64,000 bases of DNA from assembly GCA_050260275.1 (NCBI GenBank), contig JBLNBX010000206.1:40653-104652 (forward strand). Reading direction: 5' to 3'. The DNA comes from a bacterium. Its GTDB lineage: Bacteria; Acidobacteriota; Terriglobia; Bryobacterales; Bryobacteraceae. Position 1 is the first letter of the stretch; every line of letters begins with the position of its first letter. A program made the position numbers and the translations under genes. Positions 1 to 8,045 of the stretch are shown here, in pieces. The notes under the pieces were generated by a model. That model did no database searches. It was not told the origin of the DNA and saw only the letters and a program-made list of their open reading frames with translations.

Positions 1-149
1 CCGCTCGCGCACTGTATCTCGCAGAAATCGCCCACCGCGGCCGCGGGCCCGGCCGATTCGATCAGCAGGCCCACCATCTCCAGTACGACGCCCGTCCAGC
101 GGAACGGTTCGCAGCGGTTTACGTGCTCGATGTAATGCGTGAGGTTCAT
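1..149 (-). CDS. fliI: Flagellum-specific ATPase FliI, N-terminal fragment (gene runs off the left edge)
   Basis: Not in the ORF track. The reverse complement of 1..149 reads MNLTHYIEHVNRCEPFRWTGVVLEMVGLLIESAGPAAAVGDFCEIQCAS, which resembles the N-terminal barrel of FliI/T3SS ATPases. Its ATG (149..147) overlaps the fliH TGA (148..146), and it follows fliH in the canonical order. Confidence 0.7.
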   Translation of the reverse strand, partial: MNLTHYIEHVNRCEPFRWTGVVLEMVGLLIESAGPAAAVGDFCEIQCAS

Positions 150-835
150 CGGATGCGGTCCACCAGCCCGCGCTGTATCTCGGCGAGCTGCGTTTCTACG
201 GATGCGTCGAGGCTGCCGCGCGCGGTCTCCAGGATGCACGCGCCGCGCGCCAGGCCAGGGTCGCCCACAACCTGCACCGGCTTTCCGCCGGACGTGCGTT
301 CCAGGTATTGCAGGACAAGGCTCGCGTCATCCGGGTGCAGGCGGATGCGGTCCACATCCCGCCCTTCCAGCCGCGCCATGGCGGCCTTGACGATTCCGAG
401 CATCGCTTCCGCGTCCACCGAAAGCTCGCGGTGAAGCACCCGGCGCGCGATGGCGATGGAAAGCTGTACGCAGTCCTGCTCGCATTCGCGGCGCAGCCTG
501 TGGCGCGCTTCCGCAAATTCAGAGGCTGCCCGGGCGAGCGCCGCCGCGGCGCTCTCCAGGCGCGCCTGCTCGGCAGCCTTTCCGGCCGCCTCCCCTTTTG
601 CGTAACCCTCCGAGAACGCCCTTTGCTCGCGCGCCTGCGCGTCGCGTTCGAGCGCGGCCAACTTCCGGCTCAACTCCTCTTCCGCGGGCGCATCTGCGGG
701 CTTGGGTTCTGCCGGCGCAACTGCGGGCTTGGGCTTTCCGGATTGCGGAGCAGCCGGATGCGGCGCCGGAGTATCCAGCGAACACCACATCACCTCCTCC
801 ACGTCCACCGGACCGCGGACGATCCTACACGACAT
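146..835 (-). CDS. fliH: Flagellar assembly protein FliH
   Basis: 229-aa ORF. The N-terminal half is Ala/Glu-rich. The C-terminal half is a FliH/YscL-like block (CVQLSIAIARRVLHRELSVDAEAMLGIV...RIRLHPDD...GACILETARGSLDASVETQL). It sits between fliG and fliI. Confidence 0.8.
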   Translation of the reverse strand: MSCRIVRGPVDVEEVMWCSLDTPAPHPAAPQSGKPKPAVAPAEPKPADAPAEEELSRKLAALERDAQAREQRAFSEGYAKGEAAGKAAEQARLESAAAALARAASEFAEARHRLRRECEQDCVQLSIAIARRVLHRELSVDAEAMLGIVKAAMARLEGRDVDRIRLHPDDASLVLQYLERTSGGKPVQVVGDPGLARGACILETARGSLDASVETQLAEIQRGLVDRIR

Positions 836-1889
836 ACTGCTCCCCGACCGCGCCGCGCACGCTCAGCACGCCCTCGGCTTCGAGCTGCCGGACCACCGCG
901 ATGATCTGCTGCTGCGCGGCGTCCACTTCCTTGATCCGGATGGCGCCCAGCGCCTCCATGTCCTCGCGCAGCATCTCCGCTCCGCGCTGCGACATGTTCT
1001 CCATGAAGTGCTTCTTCAGCTCCTCGCTGGTGCCTTTGAGCGCCAGCGTCAGCAGCTTGCGGTCCACCCGCGACAGAATTTCCTTTATTCCTGCCGGCGG
1101 GATCAGCAGCAGGTCCTCGAACACGAACATCAGGTGGCGTATGGTCTCCGCCATGTTCGGCTCGTCCTGTTCGATTTTGTCGAGGATCTCCTTGCTGGTG
1201 GCCGAATCCAGCCGGTTGAACACCTCCGCCACCGCCCGCACGCCGCCATACGACTCGCGGCTGAACTCGCCCAGCGCCTTAAGCTTCTGCCCGATCACGC
1301 CCGCGATCTTCGAGATGATCTCGGGCGAGATCTGGTCCAGGCTGGCCATACGCATCGCGACATCGGCCCGCATCTCCGGCGGAAGCGAGCCCAGAAGCGC
1401 GGCCGCCTGCGACGAGTTCAGGTGCGAGAGCACCAAAGCGATCATCTGCGGGTGCTCGGCGTGGATGAACTTCGCAAGCTGCTGCGGATCGGCCTTCTGC
1501 AGCGCGTCGAAGCTGGCCTGCTCGGTGCCGAGCGCCTTAGTGAGCCGGTCCAGCATGCGCTTGGCCGCCTCCGCGCCGAAAGCGCTCGTCAGCAGCTTGC
1601 GCGCGTACTCCAGACCACCCTTGAGCACGTACTCGTGCGCGATGAGCATCTGGTAGAACTCTTCGAGCACCGACTCCGATTGCTCGGCGGTGATCGAGCC
1701 CATGCGCGCGATCTCCCGGCTGACGAGCTGTACTTCGTCCTCGTCCAGTTCTTTCAGCACTTGCGCGCTGACCTGTTCGCCGAGCGTGACCAGCAGCACC
1801 GCCGCTTTCTGGGTCCCGCTCAGCGCCGTGTCGCTATCGTTGTTGTTGGTGGTGGTGTTCAGGAACATCGATCGATGTCGTATAGCCAA
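825..1889 (-). CDS. fliG: Flagellar motor switch protein FliG
   Basis: Full-length FliG-like sequence (LSGTQKAAVLLVTLGEQVSAQVLKEL...EPNMAETIRHLMFVFEDLLLI...MSQRGAEMLREDMEALGAIRIKEVDAAQQQII). The start could instead be the Met at 1868. Confidence 0.95.
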   Translation of the reverse strand: MAIRHRSMFLNTTTNNNDSDTALSGTQKAAVLLVTLGEQVSAQVLKELDEDEVQLVSREIARMGSITAEQSESVLEEFYQMLIAHEYVLKGGLEYARKLLTSAFGAEAAKRMLDRLTKALGTEQASFDALQKADPQQLAKFIHAEHPQMIALVLSHLNSSQAAALLGSLPPEMRADVAMRMASLDQISPEIISKIAGVIGQKLKALGEFSRESYGGVRAVAEVFNRLDSATSKEILDKIEQDEPNMAETIRHLMFVFEDLLLIPPAGIKEILSRVDRKLLTLALKGTSEELKKHFMENMSQRGAEMLREDMEALGAIRIKEVDAAQQQIIAVVRQLEAEGVLSVRGAVGEQYVV

Positions 1890-3544
1890 CTGCGCACTAC
1901 GTGCGCCGCTGCAACCGGATCTTTCTTAGTGGCTTCTACCAGGTGCTTCGTCAGAACCTCGGCCTTCTTGGTCGCGACCGCCGGCAGTTTCAGCTTCAGC
2001 GAGCTGAGCGCTTCCTCTTCAAGTTGTTTATTCAGCGCTTCGTGCTCGGCGAGCTGCGCTTCCAGTTGCTCGCGGGTCTTCTCCAGGGCATCTTCCACCG
2101 GGGGCAGAGCCGGCTGCATGTTCGCGGTGGCGCGCTTCTTGCGCCGGCGCGCGCGAATTACGAGCGCAGCGATCGCCAGCAGGACTAGCAGCAGCGCGCC
2201 AGCGCACGCTCCGGCAATCGCGAGCACGCGCGGGGGCAGGTCGGGGAGGCGAAGCGCAAACACGCCGGGGCCGGACGGCGGCGCCGCGGGTTCGGTCGGC
2301 GGAGGCTCCAGGCGCAGCGTCGAATCGAACGGAAGGCTCTCGACAGTTAGCTGGTCGCCGCGCTCGGCATTGAATCCGGTCGCGGCGGCCACTAGCTCGC
2401 GAATCGTTTGCAGGCGCTCGGGCGATGGCGCCTCGAGGATCCGCTTATTCCCTTCCCAGCGCACCGTGTGATCAACGAGCACGGCCATCGAGATGCGCTT
2501 TATCGCGCCCTGCGGCAGCTTCGTGTGCTTCACCACCCGGCTGGTTTGATATACGACGTTCTCGACGCGGCGCGAGATGCCGTTGCCCGCTACTCCCGGC
2601 CGCGACGTTGGGCGCGGCAGCGCCGAAGCGGTGCCCGGAACGCCGGCCGCCAGCGCCAGGCCCGATGCGTCCTCGCTTTTTTGCGAACTCGCCATCACCG
2701 ATTTGGCGGGGTCGAACACCTCCTCGCTCTGTTCGCCGCTCGAGAAGTCGCACTCCACCGACACGCCCGCCCGGAACCGGTCCGCGCCGAGCAGCGGCTC
2801 AAGCGTCGCGTTGATCTTCGAAACCAGGTCGCGTTCCAGTTGCCGGCTGAACGCCAGCATCGCCTCGGAAGGCTGCTCGCCATCGGGAGACGGGATGCGC
2901 GGGCGATTCAACAGCCGCCCCTGCATGTCCACAATCGACACGGCCTCTGGCGCAAGGCCTTCTACGGCGCTCGCGATCAGGTTCGCAATGGCCACCACGT
3001 TCGCCTGCTCCAGGCGCGCGCCTGGACGCAGCTTCACCATCACGCTGGCTTTGGCCGGCTGGCGCTGCTCCACAAACACCGACTCGCGCGGAAACGTAAG
3101 GTGTACGCGCGCCTGCTGTACTTCCGTCAGCGATGTGACGGACCGCTCCAACTCGCCCTCGAGCGCGCGGCGGTAGTTGATCTGCTCGGCGAATTCCGTC
3201 ACTCCGAGGTTGGTGCGGTCGAACAGCTCGAATCCGACCCGCCCGGTGCGGGGCAGTCCCGCCCCGGCCAGTTGGATGCGCAGGTCCGCCAGACGCGCCG
3301 GCCGCACCAGGATGGCAGTGCCGTTCTCGGAGAGTTTGTACTCCGCGCCCAGCTCCCGCAGCTTGGCGACGACGGCGGAGGCGTCCTCAGGCGCAAGTTC
3401 GGTGTAGAGCGGCTTGAAGTCGCGCTCGCTGCGCCAGCGCGTGAAGACGACGAGGCCCGCGATAGCCGCCACGGCGGCCGCGACTATGAGTATTCGCTGC
3501 CGCGCCGAAAGCCGACCGATGATTTCCTGAAGCTGGGCTTTCAT
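1859..3544 (-). CDS. fliF: Flagellar M-ring protein FliF
   Basis: 561 aa with an N-terminal TM segment and a YscJ/FliF periplasmic block (FKPLYTELAPEDASAVVAKLRELGAEYKL...GLPRTGRVGFELFD...QINYRRALEGELERS). A second TM lies near the C-terminus. Confidence 0.95.
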   Translation of the reverse strand: MKAQLQEIIGRLSARQRILIVAAAVAAIAGLVVFTRWRSERDFKPLYTELAPEDASAVVAKLRELGAEYKLSENGTAILVRPARLADLRIQLAGAGLPRTGRVGFELFDRTNLGVTEFAEQINYRRALEGELERSVTSLTEVQQARVHLTFPRESVFVEQRQPAKASVMVKLRPGARLEQANVVAIANLIASAVEGLAPEAVSIVDMQGRLLNRPRIPSPDGEQPSEAMLAFSRQLERDLVSKINATLEPLLGADRFRAGVSVECDFSSGEQSEEVFDPAKSVMASSQKSEDASGLALAAGVPGTASALPRPTSRPGVAGNGISRRVENVVYQTSRVVKHTKLPQGAIKRISMAVLVDHTVRWEGNKRILEAPSPERLQTIRELVAAATGFNAERGDQLTVESLPFDSTLRLEPPPTEPAAPPSGPGVFALRLPDLPPRVLAIAGACAGALLLVLLAIAALVIRARRRKKRATANMQPALPPVEDALEKTREQLEAQLAEHEALNKQLEEEALSSLKLKLPAVATKKAEVLTKHLVEATKKDPVAAAHVVRSWLYDIDRCS

Positions 3545-3551
3545 CGGCTCG

Positions 3552-3854
3552 TCAGATCTGCAACCGCATTATTTCCTGGTATGCCTGCACAACCTTGTTC
3601 CGGACCTGCAGAAACAGCTCGAATGCCAGCTCGGCCTTTTGGGCGGCAAGCGCGGCCGTGTGGAGTTCCCCGCCCTCCCCGGCGAGGAACTGTTCTATCT
3701 GTATATCGGCGGCCTGGCGCGTCGCCTCCACGTTGGCTATGGCGGAATCGAGCAGCGACCGGAACACGCCGCCTCCACCGGATGGCGGCGCTTGCGGCTG
3801 CGGGAGCGCGGGTGGGACAGGAGCTGTGATCGGGGCGAAGGGACTTACCGGCAC
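3552..3854 (-). CDS. fliE: Flagellar hook-basal body complex protein FliE
   Basis: 100 aa with a C-terminal FliE signature (ELHTAALAAQKAELAFELFLQVRNKVVQAYQEIMRLQI). It lies between flgC and fliF. Confidence 0.85.
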   Translation of the reverse strand: MPVSPFAPITAPVPPALPQPQAPPSGGGGVFRSLLDSAIANVEATRQAADIQIEQFLAGEGGELHTAALAAQKAELAFELFLQVRNKVVQAYQEIMRLQI

Positions 3855-3858
3855 GGCT

Positions 3859-4293
3859 TTACCTGAGCAGCTCTATCGAGCGCTGGATCATGTCTTTGAT
3901 GGCCGACATGGCGGCCACGTTGGCGTGATACCCGCGCGTTGCGCCTAGCAGGTCCACCATGTCCTCGGCCGGGTTCACGCGCGGGAAAGCGACGTATCCG
4001 TCGGCGTCCGCGTCCGGATGACCCGGCAGATACCGGCGCTCCGGTTCGCGGGTGTCTTCGATCACCTCCGAGACCATGACGCCCGTACCGGTCCCAAGTT
4101 CCGCTTCGAGCACGCTTGAAAAAGGCGTCTCCACGGCGCTGGAGGCGAATACCGCGTCCTTGCGGCGGTAGGGGCCGCCCTCCGGCGTGCGCGTGGTCTC
4201 GGCGTTGGCAAGGTTCTCGACCAAAAGTTGAGCGCGTGTGCGCTGCGCCGCCATCCCCGAGGCGCTTACAGACAATGTCGAAAACAGGCTCAT
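3859..4293 (-). CDS. flgC: Flagellar basal-body rod protein FlgC
   Basis: Begins MSLFSTLSVSASGMAAQRTRAQLLVENLANAETTRTPEGGPYRRK and ends NVAAMSAIKDMIQRSIELLR, typical of FlgC. Confidence 0.95.
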   Translation of the reverse strand: MSLFSTLSVSASGMAAQRTRAQLLVENLANAETTRTPEGGPYRRKDAVFASSAVETPFSSVLEAELGTGTGVMVSEVIEDTREPERRYLPGHPDADADGYVAFPRVNPAEDMVDLLGATRGYHANVAAMSAIKDMIQRSIELLR

Positions 4294-4694
4294 CCGTTGC
4301 GTCCCTCCGCTATGGCGCTGCGTACCTGCCTGATCTGGACCCGCATCAGCGCGCTGGCGAGCTGGAAACGCAACGCGTTCTCAGCGAGCAGGCGCGCCTC
4401 GCGGTCCATGGAAACGTTGTTGCCGTCGTTGCGTGTTTCCAGACCCTCAACCTCGCCGGCCACCGGGGTTCCGCCGTTCAGCACTGCCTGAAACTCCCTT
4501 TGAAAATCTATGTCGCGGGTCTTGTAGCCGGGCGTGTCCGCGTTGGCGATGTTCGACGCCACCAGTTTCTGGCGCAAACTGAGCAGGTCCATGTACCGCT
4601 CGAGCGAGACTGCGACCGGATCAAGCATCGACAGCGCGTTTGCACGTGCCGTTCCAGCCGCAACCAACTGATTTTGCGAAGCCGCGCGGGTCAA
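4290..4694 (-). CDS. flgB: Flagellar basal-body rod protein FlgB
   Basis: Carries the rod N-terminal motif LRQKLVASNIANADTPGYKTRDIDF. Its stop overlaps the flgC start by 4 nt. The true start may be the internal Met at 4628. Confidence 0.9.
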   Translation of the reverse strand: MTRAASQNQLVAAGTARANALSMLDPVAVSLERYMDLLSLRQKLVASNIANADTPGYKTRDIDFQREFQAVLNGGTPVAGEVEGLETRNDGNNVSMDREARLLAENALRFQLASALMRVQIRQVRSAIAEGRNG

Positions 4695-4736
4695 GAAGTT
4701 GGCGCGTGACCAGAACTCAACGCGGCCGCCGGCCGC

Positions 4737-5123
4737 TCAGTACATGGTTGGGTATGCTCTGCGCATCTCTTCGGCAGCGCGCTGCATCTGCTCGCGCGTG
4801 ATGCGGCGCCCGCGTCCGACGCCGGGGCAGTACTTGACGGCGGCGGGGTCGTCGATCGCTTCCGGCCACAGCGGAAACACCCGGCACTGGGTGGGCTTGT
4901 CAGGGTGCAGCGCACAGCCCGCCTCGCGCAGAAACGGGCAATGGACACCGCGCGGCTTCCGGAGGCGCAGCAGATGGCGCGTGCGGTAGACGTAGCGGGC
5001 CTCGAACTCGCCGGGCGTCATGCCCAGTTTCGCAGCCGCGCGCGCAAGGTCGTCCGCGGTTAGATAGACGAAGCCCGGCTGCGTGCAGCAAACCGTGCAG
5101 CCGGGGATGCAGGAGAAGCGCAC
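4737..5123 (-). CDS. YkgJ-family cysteine-cluster protein (CxxCxxCC zinc/iron-chelating domain)
   Basis: 128 aa. Contains SCIPGCTVCC near the N-terminus and HCPFLREAGCALHPDKPTQCRVFP later, the two Cys clusters of the UPF0153/YkgJ family. It lies 1 nt after hutH and 42 nt before flgB on the same strand. Confidence 0.8.
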   Translation of the reverse strand: MRFSCIPGCTVCCTQPGFVYLTADDLARAAAKLGMTPGEFEARYVYRTRHLLRLRKPRGVHCPFLREAGCALHPDKPTQCRVFPLWPEAIDDPAAVKYCPGVGRGRRITREQMQRAAEEMRRAYPTMY

Positions 5124-5124
5124 G

Positions 5125-6639
5125 TCACAGCATATCGCGGCGCAGGCCCGCTAGTTCGGCGAGCTCGCCGGAGGCGATGAGCTCCGCGGCGCGTTCGATC
5201 GGCGCCGTGAGCGGCTGGTCGCGATCGATGGCCGGCAGCGCCGCGCACACCGCCTCGAGCGCCGCGCTCGTGGTGAGGGGCCGCAGCAGGGCGATGGCCC
5301 GCGCCGCCGCAAGCGCCTCGATGGCGAGGACGAGCCGCGTGTTCCGCGCCACCTGCTTGAGCTTAAGTGCGGCGGTCATGCCCATGCTGACGAAATCCTC
5401 ACGGTCGCCGCTGGTTGTGATGGACCCGGCGGAGGCGGGCGTCGCGAGCACGCGGTTCTCGGCGACGAGGGCGGCGGCGGTCACCTGCGCCATCATGAGC
5501 CCCGACTCCAGGCCCGGATGCCCGGCAAGGAACGCTGGCAGCCCCTCGTTCTGCGCCGGGTTTACGAGCCGGTCCACCCGCCTCTCGGAGATGCCGGCGA
5601 GAGCGGTGAGCGCCACCGCGAGGTAGTCCAACTGGAGCGCCAGCGGCTCGCCGTGGAAGTTCCCTCCAGAGAAAATCTCGTCGCCGAAGACCAGGGGATT
5701 ATCGGTGGCCGAGTTCAGCTCGATGGAGAAAACACGCCGCGCCTCGGCAAGCGCATCGCGAACGGCGCCGTGCACCTGAGGCGCGCAGCGGAGCGAGTAG
5801 GCGTCCTGAACGCGGCCGCAGCCAAGGTGCGAAGCGCGTATCGCGCTTCCCTCCATAAGACGTACCAGGTTCGCCGCGCTGGCAGCCTGTCCCGCGTGCG
5901 GGCGGGCGCGCTGTATGCGTTCATCGAAGGCGCGCGGAGTGCCGCGCAGCGCGTCGGTGGTCAGCGCGCAGACAACGTCCGCCGATGCGGCGAGCGTTTC
6001 GGCGCCGGCAAGCTCCAGGCAACCGATGGCCAGCATCGCCTGTGTTCCGTTAACAAGAGAGATACCTTCCTTCGGGGCGAGCGCGATGGGAGCCAGTCCC
6101 GCGCGCGCCAGCGCCTCGCCTCCGGGCATGCGCACGCCGCCGTACTCTGCTTCGCCCTCCCCGATGAGCACCAGGGCGATGTGGGCAAGAGGCGCAAGGT
6201 CGCCGCTCGCGCCGACGCTGCCGCGCGACGGCACCACCGGCGTCACGCCGCGGTTGAGCATCTCGCAGAGCAGATCCGCGATGACGGGCCGGATGCCCGA
6301 AAGACCCTTGGCGAGAACATTGGCCCGGATGAGCATCATCGCGCGCACTTCTTCGCGCGCCAGCGGGTCGCCAACGCCGCAGGCGTGCGAGTGCACAACG
6401 TTTCGCTGCAGCAGCTCCAGCTCCTCCGGCGCGATGCGAACGTCGGCGAGCCTGCCAACGCCGGTGTTGACCGCGTAAACGGCGCGCTCACCCGCGGCGA
6501 GACGCTCGACTACGGCGCGAGAAGCTGCCATCCGCTCCCGCGCTTCGGGAGCGAGGCCGGCGGAATCGCCGTTCACGGCAACCTCGACAACATCCCGGAT
6601 GGAGAGCCCCTCGCCATCTAGCATCCGCATAGCCCCCAT
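5125..6639 (-). CDS. hutH: Histidine ammonia-lyase (aromatic amino acid lyase family, MIO cofactor)
   Basis: Contains SRGSVGASGDLAPLAH (the Ala-Ser-Gly MIO-forming triad) and an NTGVGRLADV block. The ORF is open to 6873, but the conserved region starts at MGAMRMLDGEGLSIRDV, so I placed the start at the Met at 6639. Confidence 0.9.
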   Translation of the reverse strand: MGAMRMLDGEGLSIRDVVEVAVNGDSAGLAPEARERMAASRAVVERLAAGERAVYAVNTGVGRLADVRIAPEELELLQRNVVHSHACGVGDPLAREEVRAMMLIRANVLAKGLSGIRPVIADLLCEMLNRGVTPVVPSRGSVGASGDLAPLAHIALVLIGEGEAEYGGVRMPGGEALARAGLAPIALAPKEGISLVNGTQAMLAIGCLELAGAETLAASADVVCALTTDALRGTPRAFDERIQRARPHAGQAASAANLVRLMEGSAIRASHLGCGRVQDAYSLRCAPQVHGAVRDALAEARRVFSIELNSATDNPLVFGDEIFSGGNFHGEPLALQLDYLAVALTALAGISERRVDRLVNPAQNEGLPAFLAGHPGLESGLMMAQVTAAALVAENRVLATPASAGSITTSGDREDFVSMGMTAALKLKQVARNTRLVLAIEALAAARAIALLRPLTTSAALEAVCAALPAIDRDQPLTAPIERAAELIASGELAELAGLRRDML

Positions 6640-6835
6640 CGTAGCGGCCCGCAGGAGTCCGCTGCGCGAGCACGTGAGGCTCAAGAGAAATGAATCATTC
6701 TGAGTACCATCGGCCGGAGGAGCCGCGGCGGGGCGAGCGCCCGCCCGCATTGCATTCGCGCGGCAGCCCGCTAGCTCCAGCGCCGCCGGTTCAGCCGCTC
6801 CGGCAGCCCGATTCGAAGTCGTAAGCTGGTAAGCG

Positions 6836-7738
6836 ATGCTCTGGCTGGTACCTGTTCTGCTGGCGGCGGGCACGATCGACCCCGCCCTGTTGCGCTACTC
6901 ACTGCCCAGCGCCGGCACGCTCGTAGGCGTGAGGATGTCCGAGGTCCGGGACACCCCGTTCGGCCGCTACGTGCTGGCCCGGATCGCCGGCGAGGGGCGT
7001 GAATTCGAGGAGTTCGTCGCCGCCACGGGCTTCGATCCCCGCAAGCAGATCGAGGATGCCGTGTTCTCCTCGGCTCCGGGAGGGAAGTGGCTGGTGGCGG
7101 CCCGAGGAAGCTTTCCCCGCGCAACGCTGGCGCGCGTTGCCCAGGGCGCCGGAGCCGAGATCGAGGAACTGGATGGCGTGCAGTTCGTCTCGGCGGCGAA
7201 AGGCGCCGCTAATTCGCCGATCGGCCGTCCGATGGTGTTCGCGCTGCTGAGTGAAAGCCTTGCGCTCGCCGGAGACGAGGAGAGCGTCAGGCAGGTTATC
7301 GAGCACCGGACTGACACGCAGGGACCACCGGCCGCGCTGGCATCGAGGGCTCAGGAAGCCGCCGCAGAGTATCCGGTGTGGTTCGCAGTGCGGGAGTTCC
7401 CTGAGCCTCGGGCCGGGGAGACGCCGCTCTCCGGCGAGGTGCTGAATCAGGTCGAGTCGGCTAGCGGCGGACTGCAGATGAGCGCGCCGATGATGTTTCA
7501 CGCCAGGCTGCTCACGACCGAATCCGAAGCCGCGGCAAGTCTGGCAAGTGTTCTTCGCTTCATTGTGCAGCTCGCCGCCGCGCCCGGGCAGAACTCGCCT
7601 GCCGCCACGCCATTGTCGGAAGCGCAAGTATCGCACGAGGACCGCACGGTGCGCCTCGCCGTACCCGTCACGGTGGAACTGATCGAAGCGTTCGTTGAGG
7701 GCGAGCGCGCCGCCAGGGAAACGGATCAGCCGCTGTAA
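6836..7738 (+). CDS. Hypothetical exported protein
   Basis: 300-aa ORF with a hydrophobic N-terminus (MLWLVPVLLAAG) and coding-like composition. No domain recognised. Confidence 0.5.
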   Translation: MLWLVPVLLAAGTIDPALLRYSLPSAGTLVGVRMSEVRDTPFGRYVLARIAGEGREFEEFVAATGFDPRKQIEDAVFSSAPGGKWLVAARGSFPRATLARVAQGAGAEIEELDGVQFVSAAKGAANSPIGRPMVFALLSESLALAGDEESVRQVIEHRTDTQGPPAALASRAQEAAAEYPVWFAVREFPEPRAGETPLSGEVLNQVESASGGLQMSAPMMFHARLLTTESEAAASLASVLRFIVQLAAAPGQNSPAATPLSEAQVSHEDRTVRLAVPVTVELIEAFVEGERAARETDQPL

Positions 7739-7995
7739 CGCGCGGCGCACTTCTCCGAACAGAAGTGAACGGTAGCGCCCTTGACGGTGCGCTTGACCGA
7801 GGTCGCTGCCGGAACGTAAACGCCGCACACCGGATCGCGTTTCAGCTCTCCAGCGTTAACCGTGCCTGGGGACCTCCGGGAGGGCGTCTGCGGCTGGGCC
7901 AGGCTCGCAAATCCCTTCATCACGATGCCGATCGCTGAGCGCAGGAGAGAGATGAGGAGAATTGCGAGGAGTAGGAGGAGGACAGTTTTGACCAT
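7726..7995 (-). CDS. YHS/TRASH-domain small membrane-anchored metal-binding protein
   Basis: 89 aa with an N-terminal TM helix (VLLLLLAILLISLL). The C-terminal DPVCGVYVPAATSVKRTVKGATVHFCSEKCAARY matches the YHS pattern DPVCGM...FCS..C. Confidence 0.75.
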   Translation of the reverse strand: MVKTVLLLLLAILLISLLRSAIGIVMKGFASLAQPQTPSRRSPGTVNAGELKRDPVCGVYVPAATSVKRTVKGATVHFCSEKCAARYSG

Positions 7996-7998
7996 CGC

Positions 7999-8030
7999 AG
8001 AAAGAGGCGCCCCAGAGGACGCCTCTTTCT
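7999..8030 (-). terminator. Perfect 11-bp hairpin between the TPR gene stop and the YHS gene start (terminator or attenuator candidate)
   Basis: agaaagaggcg (7999..8009) pairs perfectly with cgcctctttct (8020..8030) around a 10-nt loop. On the minus strand the 3' arm ends in CUCUUUCU. The hairpin ends 3 nt upstream of the YHS gene ATG (7995). Confidence 0.45.
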
Positions 8031-8045
8031 AAATTCTAGCGTGTT

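Noticed and set aside
598-2471. Long plus-strand ORFs (598..1656, 702..2471) opposite fliG/fliF
   Set aside because: They are antisense shadows of strongly recognisable flagellar genes. Their translations are Arg/Ala/Ser-rich low-complexity sequence with no motifs.
4695-4736. Sigma-54 (TGGCAC-N5-TTGC) or sigma-28 promoter upstream of flgB
   Set aside because: I read the 42-nt gap on the coding strand (…ctggtcacgcgccaacttcttgac…). The GG and GC elements are not at the required spacing, so no promoter can be supported from sequence alone.
5125-6873. The full 582-aa version of the histidine ammonia-lyase ORF
   Set aside because: The first 78 codons precede the conserved HAL N-terminus and would overlap the divergent gene at 6836. 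Three in-frame Met codons at 6639, 6630 and 6624 give a normal-length protein.
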